In this document: in pieces, positions 10,882 through 22,430 of the stretch
Numbering within the stretch: position 1 is the first letter of the stretch
Layout of the letters: every line of letters begins with the position of its first letter
NCBI RefSeq assembly: GCF_030144855.1
Contig: NC_082720.1
Coordinates: 56,048,001 to 56,112,000, forward strand
DNA length: 64,000 bases
Origin: Hypanus sabinus
Taxonomy: Eukaryota
Direction of reading: 5' to 3'
Notes under the pieces: model-generated
What the model was told of the DNA's origin: nothing
What the model saw: only the letters and a program-made list of their open reading frames with translations
Databases searched by the model: none
Translations under genes and position numbers: made by a program

Positions 10882-13800
10882 TTTTTTTTTGTAATTTATT
10901 TTTTTATTGAAGTTCATCATCAAACATACATTTCCATAAGATGTATTTCAGATATTGTACATATATATCATATAATGATGTATATCACAAATCTCCACAA
11001 AGTATTTATCTGAGGTATACACTTATAGAAAAGAGTGGAAAGAAAAATAACAAGCCAAAGGAAAGAACTATGTACAAGTAGGGAGTGATCTTTTTATACA
11101 ACAGGTTCATTGATTTGTGAGAATAAAATCAGTCCTATGAGGCATTATGTAGTTAAACCATTTTCCCAGTATGAATCAAATTGTTCCAGCTTATAGTTAA
11201 CAGATGCTGTTATCTTCTCCATTTTGTAAATGTCCATTGTAATTTCCATCCATGTGTTTAAATTTGGGCTCTCCTGTGATAACTATTTCCTAGTAAGAGT
11301 CTTCATACCAACCACCGGCAGTATATTCATTAAATATCTGTCTCTTTTCAACCATTCTTGAGGTATATATCCAAAATATATTGTCTTACTCTCTAAGGGT
11401 ATTTCACATTTAAAGATATCTTGTAGGGCATTGCGTATCACCCTCCAATAGTTTTTCATACCAGGGCAGTCCCAAAATATATGATAATGATTTGCATTTT
11501 GATTTCCACAATTGCTCCAGCAAACAAGGAGGTTACTAACATAATGGGATTTCTGAGAGGGTGTAATAAAATATCTTATCAAGTTTTTCTATCCAAACTC
11601 CCCCCATTTCTGTGAACTGGTACACTTCCATTGATATCTCCATATTGTTGTCCATTCTTCCTCAGATATAATTATCCCTACTTATCTCTCCCATTTTGTT
11701 TTAATGTATGAAATCGAATGTGTTTTAAGATTTGACAACCCCGTGAACATGCTAGAAATAATTCTACTGCCATTATCTGAATTATATGCTATTCTAAAGA
11801 GCTTTATGAAGCATGTATTTGCTTTGGTTACATTTTTCAGCATCTTATTAACATATTGTCGCATCTGTAAATACCGATAAAAATCTTGTTTTTATAATAA
11901 GTGTTTCTCTTTAAGCATTTCAAAACTGAACAGTGTTCCTTCTTTCATTATGTTGCAAATATCTGTTATTCCTTTAGCTGTCCAGTCCTTAAATCCAGCA
12001 TCCAATTTATTTTGTGTAAAATCCGAGCCAGATGCACACCATTTAAGAATTGCAATATCTCACTCTAGATTATATTCTTTTATAGTAGTTTTCCATATTT
12101 TAAGAGTCAATTTCACCCATGGGTTACCAATAGTATTTATGTACCTTTGCAAGTTGTTATCAGCCAAAATTGCTTGTATGGGGATGGGATGTACGCGCTC
12201 CTCAATGTTTTTCCATTGACTGTCATATGATGGGTTGCACCAACATATCACAGCTCTCAACTGTGCTGCAAAATACAGTTTTGAGACGAACTCTAGGCCC
12301 TTTACCCTGCCAAATGTACCTTGATAGCATCTTGTTCCATTCATTGAATTGATTTTGATTAATCTCTTTGGTAGGGGCTGAAAGAGATATAACAGTCTAG
12401 GCAGTATATTCATTTTAATAGACTCAATCCTTGAACTGAAACTGAAAAAAGGAATCAGGCTCCATCTTGCCACATCTTCCTTAATATTTTTATATAAAAG
12501 CTGATAATTACATTCTGATAATTTTGCCAAATCTTTTGGCAAAAATGATGCCCAACTATTTGAAAGACTCTGTGCGCCATGCCCAGAGGTATCGACTTTC
12601 AATTTCTCTTGGTGGGCTATAGTAATATGAAAGTAATTGGGTTTTCTCTATGTTGATCTTGTATCCTGATAATTGACCATATTGTTCAAAGGATTGCATC
12701 AATTTAGGTAAAGAGTATGTTGGCTGCCCTGGATAGATCAAAATGTCATCCGCATAACAATCCAATTTATGCCCTGTCCCTTTAATAGTAATTCCCCTGA
12801 TATCATTTTGTCTGATGCATTGGCCTAATGGTTCCAGATATAACGCGAAGAGTAGTGGTGACCATGCACAACCCTGTCTCGTGCCCCTTTCTAGGGTAAA
12901 ACTATTTGATAAATATCCATTGACTTTAATCCTAGCAGTAGGATTGTCATATAGTGTCTGTATCATTTTTATTAATTGTGTCTTGGGAACCAAATCTATG
13001 TAAAACTCTGTAAAGAACATTACAATTAACCATATCAAATGCTTTTTCAGCGTCCACGCTTATCACTATTGCTTTGATTTTTTTTTTGTATATAATCCAT
13101 AATGTGAAGTGTCCTTCGTATATTGTCTTGAGTCTGGCGTTATCGTATCTAACCTGTCTGGTCATTACGTATCAGTATGGGTAGAAACTCCTCTAATCAT
13201 TTGGCCACGATGGAGGTAAATAACCTATAATCTACATTAAGAATGGATATTGGTCTAAATGACCCGCATTCCATTTTATCCTTGCCTTCTTTCGGTTTAG
13301 CTGAGATTATCGCTTCCTTCCCACTGGGTGGCATTTGTGCCTTTTTCAGAGCCCAGTTCAGTGTGGGGAGTAAAACAAGAATTAACTAATTTTTAAATTC
13401 TTTGTACCACTCTGCCGTATACCCATTTGATCCTGGTGACTTGCTTAATTTAAGCCTACTAATTGCAGCTTTTAATTGAACTTCAGTTATGTCAGCAGTC
13501 ATCGTTCTATTTTGTTTTTCGCTTAAAGTGGGTAACAGTAGGGAATTCAAGAAGGTGTCAATTTGGGTTATGCTTCCACCTGGAACTTTGGAAGATAGAG
13601 TTTTGTAAAACACTTCCAAAGCTTCTTGAATTTCACTTAGCTTATTATTTTTTTTTATCATTTTCGTTCTTGGGTCCCTAATTCTATGAATTGTATTTTC
13701 CGCTATTTTTTTTTCAGTTTCCACGCCAGTATTTTCATAGATTTCGATCCACTTTCATAACGTCTCTTTTCCAGAAACATTGTTTTTCCTGGATTCTTGG

Positions 13801-16568
13801 ATAGCCAAATTATTTATTTCATTCCTAATTCTTTTAATTTCCCCTAATGTATCCTGTGCCAAATTCAATTTGTGTTTTTTTCTCTAGTTCCTTCAGCCTA
13901 TTTTGTAATTCCTCTAATGTTTTATTCCTTATTTTTTTCTTATATGATATCGCTATAATTTTCCCTCTTAAGACCACCTTCAGTGTATCCCATAAAATGG
14001 GAGGTGAAACCTCTCCATTATCATTAAATTCTAAGTAGAGACAAATTTCTTTTTTAACTTGTTCCTTAAAGTACGAATCATTGAGTAGACATGAATTTAG
14101 TTTCTAAATAGCATTCTTTGGTTGTAGGTCAAAATCAACATATGAATATTTAGGTGCATGTTCACTTACATCTATTGTCCCAATTCCACAGGTGTTTATT
14201 TTGTCTTTGTCTTTTCTAAATGTTATGAAATAGCCTATTCTTGTATATACAGAATGGGGAGCAGAATAATGAGTTTATTCTCTTCTGTCAAGGAAAAGGT
14301 CCTTTCGTATATCAATTAAACACACATCCTCAAAAAGTGTATTAATTTTCTTATGTAAAGATTTTGTTTCCTAGGTTTTTCTATTGGAAGAATCTAAGTT
14401 TGGTTGTAATTGTAAATTTAAGTCTCCCCCACATATCAGGAGACCTTCTGTTTCTTTTACCATAATATCTATAATTTTCTGAAAGAAACCAATATCACTT
14501 CCCGGGGGTGCATATATATTCAATAGAGTAACTGAATTACCATATATATTCCCCCTTATCAGAATATATCTGCCCTCTTTATCTCCTATTTCGAATACTT
14601 CAAAATTCAGCTTACTTGAGATAAGAATAGCAACACCTCTCCTATGTCCTGATTTATATGAGGAGAAAAACAGATTAGTGAAGCCCATTCTCTTTAGTTT
14701 TTTTTTATGCTCTTTATCACTTAAATGAGTTTCCTGAAAATATACTACATAGGCTTATTCTTTTTTCATTTTGGATAAAATTCTCTTACGTTTGATTGGA
14801 TTTAATAGCCCATTTACACTAAAAGAAATGAATTTTACTTTGTCCTTAGCCATCTGTATTTATCTGTCAAATGTATCATTGAAAATAGAATAAAACTTAA
14901 TCGATCTACTCCCTGAACAAATAAGAACCAAGAAACGCAAATAATAACAAAAATGGAAACGAACGTGATTCCAAGGCTGAGGTTTCTAGTAGATGACCCT
15001 GCGTTGAGCTGGAGGAAATCTCTAGCTGTGGGGGATAACCCCTCCTACTTGTGAGTTGAAAGCCCCAATTGCAGTATTCTTAAAAGTCAGTGAACAAATC
15101 CATTACACAGAAAAAAATTTNNNNNNNNNNNNNNNNNNNNNNNNNNNNNNNNNNNNNNNNNNNNNNNNNNNNNNNNNNNNNNNNNNNNNNNNNNNNNNNN
15201 NNNNNNNNNNNNNNNNNNNNNNNNNNNNNNNNNNNNNNNNNNNNNNNNNNNNNNNNNNNNNNNNNNNNNNNNNNNNNNNNNNNNNNNNNNNNNNNNAGGA
15301 GTAAGTGAGCAAATAAAGAATAACAACTGTTATATAAAATCCACATTATAATAAGTATTTCTTGATATAGGTATATCACCGTGTACTATTGCTTCCATTT
15401 AGCTTCTCAACATTTTTAAAATTAGCCAAACCTTATGGCTCTTCTGAAGGGGGTGAGGACTGTCTTTGGGAAACCCTCGGTCTCTCCCAGATATATTTCT
15501 CTGCCTTGTCCCATCTCCTGCCTTCTCGTTTCTAGCATTATTTCCCAAGTGGAGCGGGATAATTCCTCAGCCAGGCTTCCCTTCGTTTTGGTTATGCTGA
15601 CGGGCAACCGTCTGGCCTTCATGTCAGTAGTCGCCTCTTCCACTGTCTGGTACAACTGCGTCCCGTTGTCATAAATCACTCGAAGTTTAGCAGGGAATGG
15701 AGTTTGAAATCTAGTCTTCTTTTGCTTTAGTACTCGCTTTACTTCAGAGTATTCTTTGCCTTTCTGGAGGACCGCGGGGTGGGGGGCAATATTGGTCGAA
15801 ATATATTAATTTGTTCTCTAAAAACACTCTCTTCTTACCCAGGCCCTTCGTAGAATCTCCGTCTTGGTGCTGTACCGAAGGAATTGAGTTATTATTGAGC
15901 GTGGCTTTCTATCCTAGGTAGGTTTTGGGACTAACGCGCGGTGGGCTACTTCGACTTCCAGCTTCATAGCCAGGGGATGATCCAGCGCGTCCCGCAGTAA
16001 CTTTCCGACAAACTCCGTTATAGACGAGCCCTCCGCTCCTTCGGGAATGTTGTAGATTCTGATATTTTTCCGCCGCGATCTTCCCTCCAGGTCAAGTAAT
16101 TTACCTTCTTGGTGATGCATTATTTTTATTGTCTTACTTAGTATCCGTTCCGCGTTTTGAACGCGATCTTCCACCTTCTCAATTCGAGTCTCTGCCACCG
16201 CTATTTTTTGACTGACGCTGGCGAGCTCTGACTTAATATTACGGAGCTGCTGCTTTATATCTTCCTGGACCTCCATTATATATTTGATGATTTTGAACAT
16301 ATTCGCCGCTTCGCCTGAATGAGGCCAGGCGTCCGCCTCGCTGGCACGCGGTCGGGTCGGGGAGACGCTCGCTGCGATCCTCTCGGACGGAGGCTCCACA
16401 GTGTCGCTTTTTTATTTCCATTTCTTTTTCCCATTCTTGCCCCTCATTTCAGTTCAAATATTTTTCGAAAAATATTATATTTGATGGGTTAACGGGGCTT
16501 AATACGCGTTTTTCCAGAGGAGCTAGTGACTTAAGGGGCCATTCTCGACGATGACGTCACCGGAAACA
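10882..16568 (-). mobile_element. Full-length, mutated L1-clade LINE nested in ERV pol, unit 1 only
   Basis: TSD CGTCTGCGTATTGT at 10868-10881 and 16569-16582; poly(A) tail (T-run 10881-10890); ORF1 (15422-16434, LEGRSRRKNIRIYNIPEGAE); ORF2 endonuclease (NIYAP, GGDLN), RT (DAEKAFD, GTRQGC, YADDIL) and CCHC region (HIFWDCP), frameshifted. Confidence 0.95.
15121..15296. other. Assembly gap (N run)
   Basis: Run of n in the L1 inter-ORF region. Confidence 0.99.
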
Positions 16569-17527
16569 CGTCTGCGTATTGTAAAATCATGTTGCATCCA
16601 GGCAGTAGTAAATTTACCAAATCATCACGAATAGCGTTTGCGTAGAAAACTGTACACTGTGTAATCCGGCAATAAATCTGTCCATTATATGTGAAGGCAA
16701 ACAAATACTGACTGTCCTCAGGCAGTGGTATAGAAAAAAAAAAGAGTACAAATCAGTCACCGTATACCAGTATCAAGATCAGGAACCTTCGGTAACATGG
16801 GAGGGACTTTCTGATTTATAGGTACAAGTTCCTGGATAAACCGTCTCTCACTCGGCCTCCCTGGTTTGGGATTGGATAATATCAGCGTATTGCAAGGGCT
16901 TTATGTTAATCGCAGAACCATTTGTCGAATAACGACTCTATGACAACTTTATTACCCTTGATGGCTTCTGGAATTAGGCAATATTGTTTGATGGACAGTA
17001 GTGGGGCAGTTTGATAAGAGTCACCTGTTAGGAAACTACTGACTTCATTAATCCTACATGATTAGTATCTGGGGGACTCCCTATGATCCCAAATCAATAT
17101 GCATTAAAGGTGATTTCATTTCTAGTGAGGCATGGGCTGTGAATGTTGGCCCCTCAGGAAGGGCTCCTCCTGTTTCCTTCTGAACTGAATCTCAGCTGCT
17201 ATTTCCTCAGGGCCAAAATATCCCTACCGGTAAGAATATTAGCCCCCTCTTACCTGCCTGTTATAATACTTGGTACTATAATCGTCATCAGGAGCTGGAT
17301 TCCTGATGGCCGCAGCGCAATGTAGTGCAGATACTAGTTTACAACTTCCGATCACATCATTCAATAAATCTTCCACTTTATGTCGTCTTCTATTTGCTGC
17401 CACAGCCAATCTCACCAGGCTTTCCCCACCACTGTGCCAACTGTAGAGAACTGCATTACAGCGCAGAGCTCGGATTGTCTATTCTCAGGGGTTTCAAGCT
17501 ATAATCTTTCGAAGGTACAATGAATTA

Positions 17528-17585
17528 GACAGACAGACAGACAGACATACTTTATTGATCCCGAGGGGAAATTGGGTTTAACCAA
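17528..17585 (-). mobile_element. Extremely 5'-truncated Rex1-like LINE tail with (GACA)n, unit 1 only
   Basis: gacagacagaca...ttattgatcccgaggggaaattgggttt matches the 3' end of the element at 48794; absent at the paralogous site ~53540. Confidence 0.7.
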
Positions 17586-18870
17586 TTACCCATTTAGTGT
17601 TTAGAGTGCGTGGCGTCCAACCAAATTAAGAGGTGCGTTCTTTGCTATAATACGTGTTTCATCAGTTGAAAATTTCCCTGCTTGTTTGGAACCGACTCAG
17701 ACAGCGATGCTATCATAGGTACTCTGGTTATCTGCATTCTTAATACTTTTGCTGTCTTTTGGTAATGCCATTTCAGATTGGTCAATTTAAAAGAATGTGC
17801 TACCTCTGGTCGGGACAATTTACGAGTGTTTTTATTCCCTGAAGGGGTATCCCTGCAGTAGATCCCTGGAAACCTACTAGATTATTTCCAGCTTTTATTC
17901 ATCAAGACATTCCCTACTGTTAGCGAGGAGCCTGGAAGAGAGTCTGAGCTAATCGTCGGCCACTCCTCGGCTGTTGCTGTTGTTGCTGTTGCTGCTGGCG
18001 GTCACACCCTAACAGCCATTTCTATCATTTCCATATCACCTAAAAGCTTCAGATAAGGAGGAGGTCCTGGTCTGAGACAGTCGGAGTCGAGGGTCCTGAT
18101 GCGACTACCTCGGCATTCTGTGTAATTTGGTTCAATCTTCAGAGGCTGGTGCCGATTAGCCACCTCTTCACATGTGTCAGAACACCACATTATATATTCT
18201 AAATTCCAATTAGGATGTCCGCCCCCAGCTTTTGTTTCATTTCGCCAATGCTGAATCTTTTTAGAACAGCGGATCCGGCTTATCTCCATAACTCCACACA
18301 GAGAGATCAGGAGATAAAGTTTTCAGAAAACCTGCTGTCTCCCGTTACCAGCCAAATCTTGTCATCTGGAGACCACAGAAAACCAGTGGACCACTTAAGA
18401 TTTGTTTGGTCTTCAAACTTTTGACCTGCTTTCGTGTATTCTTATTCATTGACACCTTTGCCAGAGGATCAGAGGGCCGCGATTGAAGAGATGATTCTCC
18501 TCAGGACTTTTTCCTTGATTCTTGCTTTGAAATGTACCGTTATTATTACCCATTTTCCTCCTCCAGCTGCTGTTGAGACATATTTAACAACGATGCAAAA
18601 TCTAATATTCTTTACAGTTAATATTTGCAATCGCTTCTCCCCAGTGGTTGACAAATCATCTACCGTACGCCAAGGTCTCCTTAAATTTAGTCTAAATTTA
18701 CTCTCCCGATGCTCTCAGGCTCCCTTCTACCAATCCCACTCTTGTTCCTTTACTCGAACTCATGGGTCACCGACCGGCTTGTGACAGCACCGGCACCCGC
18801 GTCTAGTCTTGACCTCCAGCTTTTAAGTAAATCTCACGAATAGGCTCCTTCGGAATCTTGCATCATAAGG

Positions 18871-18888
18871 ATCTTAACCTCTTTGCCA
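18871..18888 (-). promoter_or_regulatory. ERV primer-binding site, copy 1 (degenerate, tRNA-Ser(GCT)-like)
   Basis: Minus strand TGGCAAAGAGGTTAAGAT, just inside the 5' LTR; 13/18 to the recalled TGGCGACGAGGATGGGAT. Confidence 0.55.
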
Positions 18889-18894
18889 AATTAC

Positions 18895-19390
18895 GGTCGA
18901 AGAATCTGCTGTGTTTTACCGTATTTAATGTAAGTGAATTTACAGGTTATCAAACAGAAATAAAGATACAGACCTCCGGATACTTTTAATTCATTAATGC
19001 GTGATTACGGGCAGCTGTTATCTTACGATTCCCACAATATCAGGCTACATCTTAATTTTTATAATAAATTTTGAGCAATAGCTAACAGCTAAACATACTT
19101 AGTCACCAGATTGCAAGAAACACTCGTTAGGTATCAGCCAATACAGAAATGTTCCCACGTGGTATGTAAAATTAGAACCGCACGTCAACGTTCAGTTCCC
19201 CTATCAGTCAAACAGTCTCAGACAAAGGTTAGACATTACTGGCATCACCTATTGCTAGCTATTGTCAGCCAGCACAAGCAAGACAGCGTCTGTTTCTTAT
19301 CCTGACACCCTCATGATCCAAATCTATTGCAATACTTAGCTAGTAAAGCCTGACAACAACATTGAATATACAATTTAATTTTCTTCAAGA
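18895..19390 (-). repeat. ERV 5' LTR, copy 1
   Basis: Termini ggtcgaagaa...ttcttcaaga; homologous to 7422-7910; minus-strand TATAAAA at 19057-19063. Confidence 0.85.
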
Positions 19391-19561
19391 TGTAACCATG
19401 GATTGAAACTGCCCCCGTACAATGGCCCTTCAATTGTAAAAGCTCACCCGCAATGTTTCTTCGAGCAGTTCATATCATAGAACAAATGCCCAGCCCAAAT
19501 CTAACTGTCACGGTCGGATACGAGGGAAACCAAACAGTTAATCTAATTGGATTATAGAAAT

Positions 19562-21937
19562 TCTCGGAACAGCTTGTAGGAGAGCCGACCAGGGACAAGA
19601 CTATTCTGGATTTAGTGTTGTGTAATGATCTGGATTTGATAAGCGATCTTGAAGTGAAGGAGCCATTAGGAGGTAGTGACCATAATATGGTAAGTTTTCA
19701 TCTGCAATTTGAGAAGGATAAGGGCAGATCGGAGGTGTCAGTGTTGCAGTTGAAGAATGGAGACTATGGACCCATGAGGGAGGAGCTGGCCAATGTTAAA
19801 TGGACTGATATCCTAGCAGAAAAAGGCAGTGGAACAGCAATGGCAGGTATTCTTGGGAATAATGCACAAGGTGCAAAATCAGTTCATCCCCGGAGAAGGA
19901 AGGATTCAAAAGGGGGAAAGGGGCCAGAGTGGTTGACAAAGGAAGCCGGAGATTGCATAGCATTAAAAAAAAGAAGTATGACAGAGCTAAGGTGAGTGGG
20001 AGGACAGATGATTGGGAAATTTTTAAGGAACAACAGAACTTAACTAAAAAGGCAATACGACAAGAAAAAATGAGGTCGGAATGCAAGCTAGCCAGGAATA
20101 TAAAGGAGGATAGCAAAAGCTTTTTTAGGTATGTGAGGAGAAAGAAGATAGTTAAGAACTATGTTGGACCCTTGAAGAATGAATTGGCTGAAACTTTTAT
20201 GAGAAACAGAGAAATGGCAGAATAATTTAATAAGTACTTTAGATCTGTCTTCACTAGGGACGACACAAGCAATCTCCCAGATTTAAGGACATAGGGTAAA
20301 AGAGGAAATGAAACAGATTGACATTAGGAAGGAAACGGTGATGAGTAGACTGATGGGACTGAAGGCTAACAAATCCCCAGGTCCAGATGGTATGCATCCT
20401 AGGGTACTAAAGGAGGTGGCTCTGAAAATTGCAGATGCATTGGTAATCATTTTCCAATGTTCCTTAGATTCAGGATCAGTTCCTGAGGATTGGAGAATAG
20501 CTAATGTTATCCCACTTTTTAAGAAAGGGGGGAGGGAGAAAACAGAGAACTATCGTCCTGTCAGCCTATAATCAGTAGTGGGGAAGATGCAAGAGTCCAT
20601 TATTAAAGATGAAATAGTGACATATCTAGATAGCAGTGATAGGATTGGGCCGAGCCAGCATGGATTTATCTAGGGCAAATCATGCTTGACTAACCTATTG
20701 GAGTTTTCGAGGATGTAACCAGGACGTTAGACAAGGGAGATCCAGTGGATGTAGTGTACCTCGATTTTCAGAAGGCATTTGATAAGGTCCCACATAGGAG
20801 ATTGGTGGGTAAAATCAGAGCTCATGCTTCCCATAGATAGAAAACTGGTTGGCAGATAGAAAGCAAAGGGTAGCAGTGAATGGGTGTTTCTCGGAATGGC
20901 AGGTGGTGACTAGTGAGGTGCCACAGGGCTCGGTATTGGGACCACAGTTGTTTACGATTTACATCAACGATTTAGATGAAGGCATTGAAAATAACATCAG
21001 CAAGTTTGCTGATGATACTAAGCTGGGTGGCAGTGTGACATTTGATGAGAATTGTAGGAGAATTCAGGGTGACTTGGATAGGTTGGGTGAGTGGGCAGAT
21101 ACTTGGCAGGTGACATTTAATCTGAATAAGTATGAGGTTATCCACTTTGGGAGTAAGAACAGGAAGGCAGACTATTATCTGAATGGTGTAGAGTTAGGTA
21201 AGGGAGAAATACAAAGAGATCTAGGAGTCATTGTTCATCAGTCACTGAAGGTGACTGAGCAAGTGCAGCAGGCAGTGAAGAAGGCAAATGGAATGTTGGC
21301 CTTTATTACAAAGGAAATTGAGTACAAGACCAAGGAAACCCTTTTGCATTTGTACAGGGCCCTGGTGAGACCGCACCTGGTGTATTGTGTACAGTTTTGG
21401 TCTCCAGGGTTAAGGAAGGACATCCTGGCTGTAGAGGGAGTGCAGCGTAGATTTGCAAGGTTAATTCCTGGGATGTCCGGACTGTCTTACACTTAGAGAT
21501 TAGAGAGACTGGGCTTGTACACGCTGGAATTAAGGAGATTGAGAGGGGATCTGATTGTAACATATAAGATTATTAAGGAATTGGACAAAATAGAGGCAGG
21601 AAATATGTTCCAGATGCTTGGAGAGTCCAGTATCAGAGGGCATGGTTTAAGAATAAGGGGTAGGTCATCTAGGACAGAGTTAAGGAAAAACCTCTTCTCC
21701 CAGAGAGTTGCGGGGTTGTGGAATGCTCTACCTCAGAAGGCAGTGGAGGCCAATTCTCTGAATGCTTTCAAGAAGGAGCTAGATAGGTATCTTATGGATA
21801 GGGGAATTAAGGGATATGGGGACAAGGCAGGAACCGAGTATTGATAGTAGATGATCAGCCATGATCTCAGAATGTCGGTGCAGGCTCGAAGGGCCGAATG
21901 GTCTACTTCTGCACCTATTGTCTATTGTCTATTGTCT
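19562..21937 (+). mobile_element. 5'-truncated CR1 LINE, unit 1 only
   Basis: ORF2 pieces (SDHN, KSPGPDGMHPRVLKE, PQGSVLGP, KFADDTK); (CTATTGT)n tail; flanked by AAAT repeat; empty site in unit 2 at ~55510. Confidence 0.93.
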
Positions 21938-22133
21938 AAATGGGCATGGAACCTATCTGCTCTTTTTTGCATACTGAGTAAACTTGCAGGTCGTGTTAAA
22001 TTTACGGCCAAAATGCCATTTAATGGGTATTGTTACAGCTTACGATGATAAACGTTGAAAATAAAATAAATTGAGCAATTGTATCAAACAACTACATTTT
22101 CTGATGTGCACCATTAAATATAGGAGAACAGTA

Positions 22134-22235
22134 CAGCTTTAAGAACATCAGCTGTAATTGACGAAAAGAACTGGTTGTGTCGCTGTCTACCAATGAAAAA
22201 CTCAATTTCACAGTTAGATCCATTGCCCCTCCCCC
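22134..22235 (+). promoter_or_regulatory. PcdhB promoter module (CSE/CGCT box plus CCAAT)
   Basis: CAGCTTTAAGAA (22134), TGTGTCGCTGTCTACCAATG (CGCT 22181), GATCCATTGCCCCTCCCCC (22217). CGCT is 250 bp from the ATG. Confidence 0.85.
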
Positions 22236-22430
22236 GCCCAGAATAAAATGACAGAGTCAACGAAGAGACAACCATTACGTGCGTTTACATTACGGTGTTA
22301 ACCTGAGGCGTAAGAAGTCTGTCTGGTTAGATTCGGTACTTATCTGCCTGCGTTTACGTCTTGTAATAAGGACACGTTCGGAATGAATTGAGCAGAGGCC
22401 TGGATTTGTAAATTAATTGACTGCGGAACA

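Larger units (their letters stand above)
8650..17370 (-). pseudogene. pol: ERV pro-pol remnant (PR-RT-RNase H-IN), split by the L1 insertion
   Basis: RT motifs WYTVTDL..FFSIPLPEDSQYLFAFT (~16690-16770) and YADD (10865-10880); RNase H (9551-9990); integrase (8650-9420). Confidence 0.85.
7422..19390 (-). mobile_element. Defective class I (gamma/epsilon-like) endogenous retrovirus, copy 1, ~6.2 kb excluding the nested L1
   Basis: Two LTRs; flanks agtaac/tgtaac (TSD); PBS; PPT; gag start MGNNNG (18553) and PPPY (18053-18064); protease GRD remnant (~17220); RT QYADDLL; RNase H EAHT..GNAAADASAKEAA (ORF 9551-9847); integrase C-terminus QVILLTRTAVKV..W; env remnant. Many stops and frameshifts. Confidence 0.9.

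Noticed and set aside
15056-15379. ORFs containing long X runs (also 36744-37325)
   Set aside because: Artefacts of assembly gaps.
17969-17997. (GCT/GTT)n tract in ERV gag giving poly-Gln-like coding
   Set aside because: Simple repeat in a dead gene; the paralogous site has a different microsatellite.
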